Positions 38,639-49,980 are shown, numbered from the stretch's first letter. The stretch is DNA of 64,000 bases from Bacteroidia bacterium (GCA_039937835.1 JBDTFR010000012.1:6143-70142), one strand, 5' to 3'. Program-made: numbers and translations. The notes: a model not told the origin generated them from the letters alone.

Positions 38639-38913
38639 CAAAAACATACAATAACAACTTACCTGTGTTAAAATCATTACCAAACCTCAAACTCCTTTTT
38701 ATCAAAAAATTGAACTGGTATTAATAACTATAGTTTTAATATTAACGATAATCTATGTTGGTCATATTCTTATTTTACCATCTTTACTTGCCGCACTCTT
38801 CTTTATTATTGAGACCTGTGGTAGTATTTTTAAAGAAAAAAATTAGAATTACTCCTGTCCTTGCTGCGATGATTGCTATAATTTTTCCACCATTACCATT
38901 TAAAACTATACTA

Positions 38914-40347
38914 TTAAATCTGAGGAATTGTTATGGTAAAAGCTGTTCCTTTGTTAACTTCACTTGCAACATTAACAGTTCCATCGTGTTTTGAAATAAT
39001 ATTATAAGTTGCAGTTAATCCTAAACCTGTACCACCTTTTTTTGAAGTAAAAAAGGGTTCAAACAATTTGCCTAAATCTTGAGTAGGAATTCCTTTTCCA
39101 TTATCTGAAATTTCAATGCAAATTATTTTATTTTCTGTCGATACTGCTATTTTTAATTTGCCAGTTTTTTCTTCAACAGCTTCTACTCCATTTACCAACA
39201 AATTTAGTAATGCAATCACCAGCTTTTCTTTATCTCCCTTAATGAGTAGTTTTGGTTGTATGATCTTTTCTATTTGTACACCTTTTAACTTTATTCTATC
39301 ATTTACTAAAGTCAGTGTTTCATCTATCACTTCGTCGATAAATATTTCTGTAAGATTAACTGTATCAAAACGAGTTGCATTTAATAAATCTTCAATTAAA
39401 GTATTGATCCGCTTACCATTTCGATCTATTATATCAATAAACTCATTTGGATTTTCGGAATTGTCTACTAACTGTGCACCTTCCAACATGGTGCGTAATT
39501 CTAACAAGGATAAATGAATATTGGTTAATGGATTTTTAATTTCATGTGCTATAATGCGAGCTACCTTACCTGTTAATGCTTGTTTTTCTAATATCTTTTC
39601 TCTTTGTTCTGTTAATCTACGTTCAGTAATATTATGTAAAACGAGTTGGTATATGTTTTTCTCCACATCAACAATCGATAAATTCATTATGCAAAAGCAA
39701 TTTTTATTAAGTGGCGGGTAAGAAAATTCAATTTCAATAGTAGTATTTATAAAATCATCGACATTAACAATTTTAGGCGTAAAATACTCCGCAATGTTTA
39801 ATCCAATTATTTTATATTTTTCTTTATAGTCAAAAAATTTCAATGCAGCTTTATTAGCGTCTATGATTGAAAATTTAGAATCAATCATAAATACATACTC
39901 AACAGCATTTTCAAATAAATTTTTAAATTTATTTTCGCTTTCCTTCAACGATTTTAAAACTCTTGACTTTTCAATTGCATAGCGTATGCTTCTGCTTAAA
40001 CTTTCAACGGTGTATTGATCTTTTACAAGATAATCATAAACTCCATATTTTAAGGCTTGTTGATCGATGGTTTCTTCTTTTACACCAGTGAGTAATATAG
40101 TAGGTAAAAAAAACGAATGTGTATTTATGTAAGATATTAGTTCAATACCTGTATTTACACCCAACCTATAATCCACAAGAACAAGATCAAAGGCTTGATG
40201 ATTAATTAATTCAACTGCTTTGTTGTAGGTTTCTGCCCAAGTAATTTCTTTGTTAAAAGATATTTCATTTAAACTGTCTTCAAGTAAAAAATAATCATCT
40301 TCATCATCTTCTACAATTAGCAATCTTATAATTTTTGCATCACTCAT
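38914..40347 (-). CDS. Hybrid REC-PAS-histidine kinase
   Basis: LIVEDDEDD, DYRLG, DYLVK; PAS; AHEIKNPL; FEPFFTSK, GTGLGL. Confidence 0.92.
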   Translation of the reverse strand: MSDAKIIRLLIVEDDEDDYFLLEDSLNEISFNKEITWAETYNKAVELINHQAFDLVLVDYRLGVNTGIELISYINTHSFFLPTILLTGVKEETIDQQALKYGVYDYLVKDQYTVESLSRSIRYAIEKSRVLKSLKESENKFKNLFENAVEYVFMIDSKFSIIDANKAALKFFDYKEKYKIIGLNIAEYFTPKIVNVDDFINTTIEIEFSYPPLNKNCFCIMNLSIVDVEKNIYQLVLHNITERRLTEQREKILEKQALTGKVARIIAHEIKNPLTNIHLSLLELRTMLEGAQLVDNSENPNEFIDIIDRNGKRINTLIEDLLNATRFDTVNLTEIFIDEVIDETLTLVNDRIKLKGVQIEKIIQPKLLIKGDKEKLVIALLNLLVNGVEAVEEKTGKLKIAVSTENKIICIEISDNGKGIPTQDLGKLFEPFFTSKKGGTGLGLTATYNIISKHDGTVNVASEVNKGTAFTITIPQI

Positions 40348-40350
40348 TAT

Positions 40351-40797
40351 CTAGGGTATTTTAACTGCTGAAAACCAATATTTTTTAATTATATCCACCA
40401 CCTCTATCAACTCATTATAAGAATATGGTTTAATAACATAACTGTTGGCCCCCAACTCATATGATTGAGATATATCTTCTGGGTTATTACTTGTACTAAA
40501 AATTATAATTGGTATTTTACATAAGTTAACATTTGATTTAATTATTTTCAAACATTGTCTTCCATCAATTTTAGGCATATTTAAATCAAGTAATATTAAT
40601 TTAGGAAGTAAAAATGAAGGGTCTTTGTATTTTCCTTTATTGTTTAAATAATCTAACAATTCTTCTCCATTCTCCACACACTGTATCTCTCCATCAAAAT
40701 TTAAACTTGCAAATGCTTCTTTTAGCATAAACTGATCGTCTGTATCATCATCAGCTACCAATATACATCTTTTAGTGTCTAGTTTTTCAATTTCCAT
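40351..40797 (-). CDS. Single-domain response regulator (Rcp1-like)
   Basis: ADDDTDD, LLDLNMPKIDG, SYELGANSYVIKP, KYWF. Confidence 0.92.
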   Translation of the reverse strand: MEIEKLDTKRCILVADDDTDDQFMLKEAFASLNFDGEIQCVENGEELLDYLNNKGKYKDPSFLLPKLILLDLNMPKIDGRQCLKIIKSNVNLCKIPIIIFSTSNNPEDISQSYELGANSYVIKPYSYNELIEVVDIIKKYWFSAVKIP

Positions 40798-40800
40798 AGA

Positions 40801-42246
40801 TTATGTTTTTTGAGGTAATCCAATAATAAATGTTGCACCTTCACCAAGTTCACTTTGAGCTGTTATAAACCCTTCATGGTTTTCAACTATGCGTTTGCAT
40901 ATTGCTAATCCTATTCCTGTTCCTTCATATTCTGAGCGCCCATGCAAACGTTGAAAAATAATAAATATCTGGTTGGCATATTCCGATTCAAAACCAATAC
41001 CATTATCTTTTATAAAGATACAATAATAGGTTTGGTATTTATAATTAAAATCTTTGTTCCAATCTTTAGATTCTATATCTCTGCTGTTATATAATTTCCC
41101 AGAAACACTAATTACAGGGTTTTCAGAATGATTAAATTTAAGAGCATTGCTTATTAAGTTTTGAAACAATTGCCGCAATTGCGTATTATTTCCTTTAATG
41201 GTCGTCAAATTTGCAATATGGATTTTTGCATTTTTTGAAGTAATTGCTATATCTAAATCCTCTATTATATATTTTAAAATAGTATTCAATTCTACTTTTT
41301 CATAGGTATCTAAAATTCGAGTAGCCCTCGAATAATTTAGTAAATCGCTAATAAGAGTTCGCATTCTATTAGCTGATTTATTTAATCGAGTCAAATAATT
41401 AATTACCTCGTTATCATTAAGACTTATTAATTTCGCTTCAATTTTTTCACTAAAAGATATTATTTTTCTTAGCGGCTCTTGCAAATCATGCGAAGCTACA
41501 TAGGCAAATTGTTCTAATTCCTTATTTGACAAGTTTAATTTATGCACTTGTTGTTGAAGTAAAGAACGGGACGCTATTAATTCTCTTTCTATTTTAAGTT
41601 TTGAATGGTATTCTCTATTTAATATAATTAGTAAACTTATAAGTATTACTAATGAAAGTCCACACGTTAATATAATGATGTAAATAGACAACTCTGAATT
41701 TTTAAAAGTAGTTTGTCTTATTTTTGTTAATCGTAAATATTCTGCTTCTTCTAATATGGATATTTCCTTAATAACTCTATCCATTGCAAATTTTCCTTCG
41801 ATAATTAAAACCTTTAAAGAATCATTAATCTTTTCACTTTTATCATAAAATTGTTTACTCCGCACTAATGTATTTATCTTGTAATTAATGGCCGACTCTA
41901 ATTTTTTTAAGTTTTGTTGTTGTAATTTATCATTATTAAGTTCGCGAGATAATAATACAAATTCTTGTTGTATGTTAAATTGAGCTTTTTTATTAGCATC
42001 CATAAACATAAATTCATTGGTTATCATGTATCCTCTTTGTCCGTTTTCAGCATCTTTAAGCAAAGAGATGATGCGCTGAATACGCAAACTTATATCATGC
42101 GAGCGATCTAAGTAAGTAAGCGATCTATTGGTATTAGTAATAGTATATATAGCTAATATAATAGCAATTAATACTACTGCCACAGAAAAGCCTGCTAATA
42201 AGTAAAAATTTTTTTTACGGGATATATGTATTTTTAATGTTGTCAT
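40801..42246 (-). CDS. CHASE3-domain sensor histidine kinase (phytochrome-type kinase module)
   Basis: DAENGQRGYMIT (CHASE3); ELEQFAYVASHDLQEPLRK; IFQRLH; GTGIGLA. Confidence 0.93.
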   Translation of the reverse strand: MTTLKIHISRKKNFYLLAGFSVAVVLIAIILAIYTITNTNRSLTYLDRSHDISLRIQRIISLLKDAENGQRGYMITNEFMFMDANKKAQFNIQQEFVLLSRELNNDKLQQQNLKKLESAINYKINTLVRSKQFYDKSEKINDSLKVLIIEGKFAMDRVIKEISILEEAEYLRLTKIRQTTFKNSELSIYIIILTCGLSLVILISLLIILNREYHSKLKIERELIASRSLLQQQVHKLNLSNKELEQFAYVASHDLQEPLRKIISFSEKIEAKLISLNDNEVINYLTRLNKSANRMRTLISDLLNYSRATRILDTYEKVELNTILKYIIEDLDIAITSKNAKIHIANLTTIKGNNTQLRQLFQNLISNALKFNHSENPVISVSGKLYNSRDIESKDWNKDFNYKYQTYYCIFIKDNGIGFESEYANQIFIIFQRLHGRSEYEGTGIGLAICKRIVENHEGFITAQSELGEGATFIIGLPQKT

Positions 42247-42352
42247 TTTATTAATACCAAAAGTATAGGTTTAAATATAGAATTGCGAATATTTTATATT
42301 TATACTTATTTCTCTCCAGTTTTACAGAATTGCCATACTTTTAGTTAAAAAC

Positions 42353-42383
42353 AAAAGCAACTCACTAATTGTGAATTGCTTTT
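42353..42383 (-). terminator. Intrinsic terminator after the protease pair
   Basis: aaaagcaactcac / gtgaattgctttt inverted repeat. Confidence 0.7.
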
Positions 42384-42410
42384 AACAAAAAAAAGAATTT
42401 GTTAGTTAGA

Positions 42411-44156
42411 TTATTTTACTTTAAATATTTTACCTTTAAAATTATCGGAATCGTTTTCTAGTTTATAAAAATAGGCTCCTGAAGGTAAGGAAGACATGTC
42501 TAATTCATATTTTAAAGGAGGTTTTTCCCAAGTTTTAGACATGATTAACTGACCTGCTATTGAATAAATATGAAGTGTACTGTTAGACTTGCAATTCGTA
42601 AATTCAAATGTTATTTTTTCATTAAATGGGTTAGGATATGCTACAACATTTGTTATTAATGTAGAAGTATTATTTATTGAAACGGTAAGCATAGCCATTT
42701 TCACAGCAGCTAACGCATCAATACGTCCATAACCAAAAGCATTATTTGGAATATCGCTTCCAGAAAAGCCACCGCAATTTTGCGACGATTTAAGCTTAAC
42801 AGCTGTTTGTTGAATAATGTCTTCTATTTTATCAACATTCCCTGCTAAAGAAGGATTTGCTGATATAATTAAAGCTACTAAACCAGCAACGTGAGGTCCA
42901 GCCATACTTGTTCCACTCATTGTTTTATAACCATTACCAGGTATAGAAGACCGTATATCGGAACCAGGAGCACTAATATCAGGACTAATTTTTACAGGAC
43001 CATAATTAGTAACGGGGCCTCTACTACTAGAAGCAGAAATACCATCAGATACGTTTGTATTACCAACGGTAAAACTTGGAGTTAAATTAGATGCACCATC
43101 ATGAATTGAAGAACAACCTTGACTACCGTCATTACCTGCAGAAACAACAACTACTATTCCCGAATTTCTAAGATTCATTACCGCCGTTTCCATTGCAGGG
43201 AAATTGCTACTATTACATCCTTCAGATGTTGGACATCCCCATGAATTATTCAAAACGTGCGGCGCTTTTGAAGGGTCTGGATTTTGGTTAGAAAGATCTG
43301 TAGGAGCTAAAAACCATTCAAATCCCTCCATATACATGGAAAATTTTCCATTATTTACGTTCATGTTACGGCATCCAATCCACTTTGCATCTGGCGCCAT
43401 TCCTATTTGGTTGGAGCCTCCGTCATAACCAACCATCGTTCCCATCGTGTGAGTACCATGTTCCTGGTCATCACAAGGAGCTTTAGCATCAGCACCACAT
43501 TTACCGCCGCCACTATGCACACAATCGTGCCAATTGTAATTATGATCTATTGTTGTTCCGTTTCCTCGATATTGTTTTGTAATGGCAGGGTGTTTCCAAT
43601 CATATCCGGTATCTTCACCTGCAACTACTACCCCTTGTCCTTTATAGCCCAATGCCCAAACGGCATCTGCTTTCGTTTTCTTTATACCCCATTCCAATCC
43701 CCTTGATTGAGAATCACCTATATTTTGTGTAGTATTTAAAACAGTTGTTTCTCCAACATATTTAGCATTCTCTATAATTTGGGATACCGATTCTAATTGA
43801 GCTACTTGATTGAGAATATTTTTATCGCCCACAATAGAAACTGCATTTATAATCCAAAAAGGTTGATATTCTACTTTTAAATTTTTTAAAAGAGAGCGTA
43901 TGGGATCTTGCGTATTTTTTGCTGTTTCCGATAGCTTTTTAAATACATATACCGCTTTTTCTTCTTTTGTAAAACTGTTGGGAGTAGTAGTGTTCGCTTG
44001 CTCTTTTAGTATAGCAACGAATTCTGCCTTGTCAGCGGTTTGTAACTTTTGTAATACAACAGGGTCAATTTTTAATTGCCAAGCCGCAGATTGAGAGAAA
44101 CTTGAAAATGACATGCAAAGAAAAACAATGGTACTAATGCTATAAAAATGTTTCAT
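42411..44156 (-). CDS. S8 subtilisin-like serine peptidase (bacillopeptidase F-like) with T9SS CTD, copy A
   Basis: EDTG, HGTHTMG, SAGN, SGTSMAGPH; CTD YPNPF...SGAYFY...GKIFK. Confidence 0.95.
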   Translation of the reverse strand: MKHFYSISTIVFLCMSFSSFSQSAAWQLKIDPVVLQKLQTADKAEFVAILKEQANTTTPNSFTKEEKAVYVFKKLSETAKNTQDPIRSLLKNLKVEYQPFWIINAVSIVGDKNILNQVAQLESVSQIIENAKYVGETTVLNTTQNIGDSQSRGLEWGIKKTKADAVWALGYKGQGVVVAGEDTGYDWKHPAITKQYRGNGTTIDHNYNWHDCVHSGGGKCGADAKAPCDDQEHGTHTMGTMVGYDGGSNQIGMAPDAKWIGCRNMNVNNGKFSMYMEGFEWFLAPTDLSNQNPDPSKAPHVLNNSWGCPTSEGCNSSNFPAMETAVMNLRNSGIVVVVSAGNDGSQGCSSIHDGASNLTPSFTVGNTNVSDGISASSSRGPVTNYGPVKISPDISAPGSDIRSSIPGNGYKTMSGTSMAGPHVAGLVALIISANPSLAGNVDKIEDIIQQTAVKLKSSQNCGGFSGSDIPNNAFGYGRIDALAAVKMAMLTVSINNTSTLITNVVAYPNPFNEKITFEFTNCKSNSTLHIYSIAGQLIMSKTWEKPPLKYELDMSSLPSGAYFYKLENDSDNFKGKIFKVK

Positions 44157-44283
44157 GATTTATTATAAATTTAAAAATTACTGAATTTTACAAAGATATT
44201 ATCTTTATGCAGAAATAATAAAATGATTGGGTAGTTCTTATTTATATTTTGTTTAGTGAATAAATAATAGAATACTCGCTCCA

Positions 44284-46026
44284 CTACTTCACTTTAAAAA
44301 TTTTACCTTTAAAGTTATCGGTACCATTTTTTATCTCATAAAAATATGCGCCAGGAGCTTGTTTACTCATATCTAATTCATATTCTGATGGAGGTGTTTG
44401 CCATGTTATGGAATTAACTAATTGACCTGTTAATGAATAAATCTGAAGAGTACTATTTGTCTTACAATGCGATAATTCAAATGTTATTTTTTCAGCAAAT
44501 GGATTTGGATACGTTTTAATATTTATGAACTTCTGGATACGATCTTTTACCGAAACTGTTCCTATTGCTAGCTTTACCGCAGCCAATGCATCAATACGCC
44601 CGTTACCATAAGCATTATTAGGAATATCACTCCCCGGGAAACCTCCACAATTTTCCGATGATTTAAGTTTAACGGCGCTTTGTTTAATAATTTCCTCAAT
44701 CCGATCCACGTTGCCTGCTAAGCTAGGGTTTGCCGATATAACTAGGGCAACTACCCCAGCAACATGAGGCCCCGCCATACTAGTTCCACTCATTGTTTTA
44801 TAACTATTACCAGGTATACATGAATATACGTCTGATCCTGGCGCACTAATATCTGGGCTAATTTTAGTAGGTCCATAATTAGTAACAGGGCCTCTACTAC
44901 TGAAGCTTGAAGTAGCATCGGTGCTAGTGGTAGAACCTACTGTAAAACTTGCTGTAAATATGGCAGAAGGGTTTTTAATAGTAGAGCAGGATGGACCGTC
45001 GTTTCCAGCAGAGACTACTACTACTACGCCAGCATTTCTAAGGTTTTCAACGGCTTTTTCCATTGCAGGAAAGTTACTACTATTACAACCTTCTGAAGTA
45101 GGGCATTCCCATGAATTGTTAATTACATGAGGGGCTTTTAATGGATCTGGGTTTTGGTTAGAAAGATCTGTAGGAGCTAAAAACCACTCGAATCCTTCTA
45201 CATACATTGAAAATTTCCCCGCTCCAACATTCATGTTTCTACAACCAATCCATTTTGCTTCTGGTGCCATCCCTATTTGATTGGATCCTCCATCATAGCC
45301 TATTATTGTACCCATGGTATGAGTTCCATGTTCCTGATCATCACATGGGGCTTTCGTATTTGCACCACATTTACTACCTCCACCTGTTTTAACACAATCA
45401 TGCCAGTTATAATTATGATCTACAGTTGTTCCATTACCTCGGTATTGCTTATTAATGGCAGGGTGTGTCCACTCATATCCTGTATCTTGGCCACCAACCA
45501 CTACTCCTTGTCCCTTATACCCTAATGCCCAAACAGCATCTGCCTGTGTCTTTTTCACACCCCAAGCAATTCCTCTTTGCAGTGTATTGCTTACAGATTG
45601 ATTTGATGGAATGGGTTTAGACATTACATATTTAGCATTTTCTATAATTTGTGCTACTGATTCTAATTGAGCTACTTGATTTAAAATATTATTATCGCCT
45701 ACAATGGATACCGCATTTATAATCCAAAAAGATTGATATTCTGCTTTTAGTTTATTTAATAGTGAAAGTATTGGTTCTTGAGTGTTTTTTGCTATTTCAG
45801 TAAGTTTTTTAAATACATATACCCCTTTTTCTTCTTTTGTAAAACTGTTGGGTGTAGCGGTGTTAGCTTGCTCCTTTAAAATAGCGACAAATTCTGTTTT
45901 ATCATTTATTTGTAATTTTTGTAACACAACTGGGTCAATCTTTAACTGCCAATCCGCAGATTGAGAGAAGCTTGTAAATGAAATGCTAAGCAATAATAAC
46001 GTAATAGTTAAATAATATTTGTTCAT
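44284..46026 (-). CDS. S8 subtilisin-like serine peptidase with T9SS CTD, copy B
   Basis: QDTG, HGTHTMG, SGTSMAGPH; CTD; co-linear paralog of 42411-44156. Confidence 0.95.
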   Translation of the reverse strand: MNKYYLTITLLLLSISFTSFSQSADWQLKIDPVVLQKLQINDKTEFVAILKEQANTATPNSFTKEEKGVYVFKKLTEIAKNTQEPILSLLNKLKAEYQSFWIINAVSIVGDNNILNQVAQLESVAQIIENAKYVMSKPIPSNQSVSNTLQRGIAWGVKKTQADAVWALGYKGQGVVVGGQDTGYEWTHPAINKQYRGNGTTVDHNYNWHDCVKTGGGSKCGANTKAPCDDQEHGTHTMGTIIGYDGGSNQIGMAPEAKWIGCRNMNVGAGKFSMYVEGFEWFLAPTDLSNQNPDPLKAPHVINNSWECPTSEGCNSSNFPAMEKAVENLRNAGVVVVVSAGNDGPSCSTIKNPSAIFTASFTVGSTTSTDATSSFSSRGPVTNYGPTKISPDISAPGSDVYSCIPGNSYKTMSGTSMAGPHVAGVVALVISANPSLAGNVDRIEEIIKQSAVKLKSSENCGGFPGSDIPNNAYGNGRIDALAAVKLAIGTVSVKDRIQKFINIKTYPNPFAEKITFELSHCKTNSTLQIYSLTGQLVNSITWQTPPSEYELDMSKQAPGAYFYEIKNGTDNFKGKIFKVK

Positions 46027-46274
46027 GATTAAATTTTAAAGGATTTTTTAGATTTATGCAATACTAAATATACCACTTTTTTATTTACTAACAAAAAGAA
46101 TATGCACGCACTGGCGAAATTAACTTACCAATTATTATATTTTATTTAACGTTGGCTGTACTTATTTAATGGTATATTAAGATGTAACTATCTATTCATT
46201 TTTTATGCAACTTACTATTTTATAATTAATCAATGTTACCTTTGCTTTCTATAAGAACACTAGTTTAATTTAAA

Positions 46275-47420
46275 ATGCTGTTAAAGAAATTAACCATTGT
46301 TAATCGTCATTATCCACCAAACGTTAATATAACAGGAGAAAATGCTTGGGATCTTGCAAATTATTTAATTGAAAAATATAAAATTGATCTTACTGTTGTA
46401 CACATTGACCGCAATTATGAAGGTGGTGGAAATAAAAGGAAACCAGTTGGAAACATGGTAGCGGTAAAAACTATTTATGAAGGTAATAACAAATTTCTAC
46501 GTTACTTAAGTGGTATACTAGATGGGTATAAATTAATTAGTAAAGCCGCAAAATTAAATAATGGACCTATCATTGTGATGACGAGCCCTCCTCTGCTACC
46601 CATGTGGGCTTCAAAAATTTTAAGCAGCGAAAAAATTGAATGGATTCTTTGGAGTATGGATTTATTTCCCGAAGGTTTTGCTGCCTCAAATGAAGTAAGT
46701 AGTAATAATATATTATATAAATATGCAATTAAACAAACCTATAAAAATACGCCAAACAAAATAATAGCACTTGGCCCTAATCAACAAAAAGTATTAGAAA
46801 AAAAATACAATAAAAGCATTGAACATGTTATTTTACCATGTGGTGTATTTTTAGATCAAAACAAAATTGAAACAATACCCACATGGAAAACACAACCTAG
46901 TAAAATACATCTTGGTTATTGTGGAAATTGTGGAAATGCTCATTCCGAAAAGTTTATAATGAATGTGATAGACTGTATTGATCCGGAAACGCAACATTTT
47001 ATTTTAGCTGTATATGGTATTAAAGCCGAGAAATTAAAAAATTATGCAAAAAATAAATCTTATGTAACTATATTAACAAGCGTTCCTAGAAATGAATTAC
47101 ACCACATTGATATCCATTTGGTAACGTTAGTCAACTCTTGGACACACATTGCAGTTCCTTCTAAAGCTGTAAGCAGTATTTGTTCTGGTTCCACTATTTT
47201 ATTTTGCGGAAATAAAGAAAGTGACAACTGGCAATTATTAAAGGATGCTGGGTGGCAGGTTGAAGATAATCAAGATTTAAAATTGAACGTTAAAAAACTA
47301 TTAGCTCTTTTAAATTGGGAAGATATCAATGTCAAAAAAAACAATGCAATCCATATATCCGCTAATCTCAACAAGCTTGTAAAGGAAAGTTATGATACCA
47401 TTGCTACTTGGGCTAAATAA
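46275..47420 (+). CDS. GT4-like glycosyltransferase
   Basis: [35 protein letters not shown]. Confidence 0.8.
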   Translation: MLLKKLTIVNRHYPPNVNITGENAWDLANYLIEKYKIDLTVVHIDRNYEGGGNKRKPVGNMVAVKTIYEGNNKFLRYLSGILDGYKLISKAAKLNNGPIIVMTSPPLLPMWASKILSSEKIEWILWSMDLFPEGFAASNEVSSNNILYKYAIKQTYKNTPNKIIALGPNQQKVLEKKYNKSIEHVILPCGVFLDQNKIETIPTWKTQPSKIHLGYCGNCGNAHSEKFIMNVIDCIDPETQHFILAVYGIKAEKLKNYAKNKSYVTILTSVPRNELHHIDIHLVTLVNSWTHIAVPSKAVSSICSGSTILFCGNKESDNWQLLKDAGWQVEDNQDLKLNVKKLLALLNWEDINVKKNNAIHISANLNKLVKESYDTIATWAK

Positions 47421-47467
47421 GCGTTAATTTCAGTATATTTGTTTTCGAAATTTTTATACCTACTAAA

Positions 47468-48529
47468 ATGAATATAGCTATTATAACAGGTTCTGGCGGA
47501 TTAATTGGAAGTGAATCAGTTGCTTTTTTTTCAAAAAAATTTGACAAAATAATTGGTATCGACAATGACATGCGTAGCTATTTTTTTGGCACTGACGCCT
47601 CTACCAGCTGGAATGTAAATAGAATTAAACAAACCATTTCAAATTACGAACATCATAACATTGATATTCGTAACATTAATGAGCTAGAATTATTATTCAA
47701 GAAATACAACACTGATATTAAGCTTGTAGTGCATACAGCAGCTCAACCTAGCCACGATTGGGCAGCAAAAGAGCCTCTTACCGACTTTTCCATAAACGCA
47801 ACAGGTACACTTAATATGCTAGAGCTTACGCGTTTGCATTGCTCTAAAGCAGTTTTTATTTTTACATCCACTAATAAGGTATATGGCGATAATCCTAATT
47901 TTTTGCCTTTAGTAGAAACGGAAACACGATGGGAGATTGACGCTGATCACGCTTATTTCAAAAATGGAATAGATGAACAAATGAGCATTGATAATACCAA
48001 ACACTCTGTTTTTGGTGCTTCTAAAGTAGCTGCCGATGTAATGGCACAGGAGTATGGAAAATATTTTAACATGAATGTAGGTATATTTAGAGGTGGATGT
48101 CTTACTGGACCCAACCACAGTGGAGCTCAATTACACGGTTTTCTTTCTTATTTAATGAAATGTACACTCACTGGAAACCACTATACCATTTTTGGATATA
48201 AAGGAAAACAAGTGCGTGACAATATTCATAGTTCTGATTTAGTAAATATGTTTTGGCATTTTTATCAAAACCCAAAACAAGGAGAAGTATATAATGCAGG
48301 CGGTGGAAGATTTGCAAATTGTTCGATGATAGAAGCCATCACCTTGTGTGAATCTATAACTGGAAATATATTAAATCATACGTATAGTGAGGTTGCCAGA
48401 AGTGGCGATCATATTTGGTATGTGAGTGATGTTTCAAAATTTCAGAAACATTATCCAGAATGGAGTTATAAATGGAATTTACAAAATACGTTAATAGATA
48501 TTTATAATTCTATGAATGTAAAAGTATAG
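47468..48529 (+). CDS. NAD-dependent epimerase (CDP-paratose 2-epimerase RfbE-like)
   Basis: [39 protein letters not shown]. Confidence 0.85.
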   Translation: MNIAIITGSGGLIGSESVAFFSKKFDKIIGIDNDMRSYFFGTDASTSWNVNRIKQTISNYEHHNIDIRNINELELLFKKYNTDIKLVVHTAAQPSHDWAAKEPLTDFSINATGTLNMLELTRLHCSKAVFIFTSTNKVYGDNPNFLPLVETETRWEIDADHAYFKNGIDEQMSIDNTKHSVFGASKVAADVMAQEYGKYFNMNVGIFRGGCLTGPNHSGAQLHGFLSYLMKCTLTGNHYTIFGYKGKQVRDNIHSSDLVNMFWHFYQNPKQGEVYNAGGGRFANCSMIEAITLCESITGNILNHTYSEVARSGDHIWYVSDVSKFQKHYPEWSYKWNLQNTLIDIYNSMNVKV

Positions 48530-48535
48530 CTAGTT

Positions 48536-49264
48536 TTATTTTCTAAAAAAGATACCATTGCATTGTAGCATAATGCCTGTTTTATTATCTGTAAATGCAG
48601 GTGCAATACTATTTAGTTCAAACCCTTTTTGTTTCATATATTCTAAAACCTGAGGAAGTAACCAATTTTGGTCTTCATATAAAGGAATAATTGAAATTTC
48701 CATTTCTATTCCTATTGCTTCGCTAATAATCTTTTCAGCACCTTTTAATACTTCTTGCTCAAAACCTTGCACATCAATTTTCAAGAAAATATTTTTCGCT
48801 TTTTCACAATATGTTGAGCCTATTTCATCTAAAGTAACAACCTGAACCTTTTCTTTACCAATTATTTTTGAATCAGGAGCGCCTTTATAGTGCGAGTCTA
48901 ACATATTTAATAAGGTGCTGCTAACTGAGTTTTCAGAAATATTTATTTCAATTTTTTCTTTTTTACCACCAATGGCGCAGCGAGGCGCTACTGTCCAATT
49001 CTCATACTTTTTACTATTGTTTTTAATAATGTTGTAAACAGAGCTTAATGGTTCGAATGAAACTAATTGATTCTTATAACCAGAATCCATAATTCCCATA
49101 GCATACTGCCCTTTATTTGCGCCAATATCAAATACTAAGTCAATATTATAATGTTGTAAAAGTTTGAGTCGCCTTAAATCTTCGCTCGTAGCAGCATTGT
49201 ACTTACGAATTAAAATCCCAAATTGTTGGAAAAAATTTTTAGTTACTCGTTCTACATTATTCAT
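48536..49264 (-). CDS. FkbM family methyltransferase
   Basis: FDIGANKGQY, SFEP, LKIDVQGFEQEVLKGA. Confidence 0.92.
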   Translation of the reverse strand: MNNVERVTKNFFQQFGILIRKYNAATSEDLRRLKLLQHYNIDLVFDIGANKGQYAMGIMDSGYKNQLVSFEPLSSVYNIIKNNSKKYENWTVAPRCAIGGKKEKIEINISENSVSSTLLNMLDSHYKGAPDSKIIGKEKVQVVTLDEIGSTYCEKAKNIFLKIDVQGFEQEVLKGAEKIISEAIGIEMEISIIPLYEDQNWLLPQVLEYMKQKGFELNSIAPAFTDNKTGIMLQCNGIFFRK

Positions 49265-49278
49265 AACTATTGCAAATA

Positions 49279-49980
49279 TTAAATTTGGTTGGGTATAACA
49301 TGAATAATATCATCCGCTACAGAAACAGAGTAATTAGGATTTATGTTTTTTATGTGATCTTTTAAATCTTTAATTGTTGGATAATCGCGCTTTCCAATAA
49401 ATAATCGAGCATCGTCAATTAATATAACATGATTTTTATTGCTCTTTAAAATCTCAGTAATTTCAGCAAAAATAGGGCATTCAATTTCACTTAAGGCGGT
49501 TGATCCTCCGCAATAGTGACCATCTAACCAAAACAATGCTTTTTTATCAATGGTTGGAATTAGCTTTGGTAATACCACCCCACTATCTCCCTGAAGGAGA
49601 TTTATATGTGAATCGTTTTTAAAACGTTGCTTTGCATTTTCCCAAAATTCAGCACTTAATTCAACAGAGTATAACTTTTCGAAGTTCTTTTTTTGTGCCT
49701 CCATCATATCTCCTCTAAATGTACCTGTTTCAATCAATACATTACAATTGTACTTCTTACCTAGCTCGGTGATGGCTAACTGTTTTATTTTATGTGGCGG
49801 TGGAGTTGGTTTATTATATCTATTCCAATCCATTACAATAAAATCTATTTCATCATCTTCAATATACCCCTTGTTTACCCAGTCGGAAACTACTGGATTT
49901 TTTTTCCATTTATTTCTTAAATAGGGTATTACAAATTTCTTTGCTAAGTTAACAATGGGTCTAGGTAAATTGCTTTTCAT
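49279..49980 (-). CDS. Class I SAM-dependent methyltransferase-like protein
   Basis: LIETGTFRG, SVEL, QGDS, FWLDGH, ILIDDAR. Confidence 0.7.
   Translation of the reverse strand: MKSNLPRPIVNLAKKFVIPYLRNKWKKNPVVSDWVNKGYIEDDEIDFIVMDWNRYNKPTPPPHKIKQLAITELGKKYNCNVLIETGTFRGDMMEAQKKNFEKLYSVELSAEFWENAKQRFKNDSHINLLQGDSGVVLPKLIPTIDKKALFWLDGHYCGGSTALSEIECPIFAEITEILKSNKNHVILIDDARLFIGKRDYPTIKDLKDHIKNINPNYSVSVADDIIHVIPNQI

Noticed and set aside
38755-38994. 79-aa ORF with faint Pmp3/YqaE-like words (AIIFPPL, PVVVFLKK)
   Set aside because: The motif order does not match the family and the ORF overlaps the kinase 3' end. It may be a remnant but cannot be supported.
3768-42383. Intergenic inverted repeats as REP/MITE elements or CRISPR repeats
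   Set aside because: Each hairpin has a different sequence, occurs once and sits right after a stop codon with A/T tails, which fits terminators. No repeat-spacer array, cas gene or transposase was seen.
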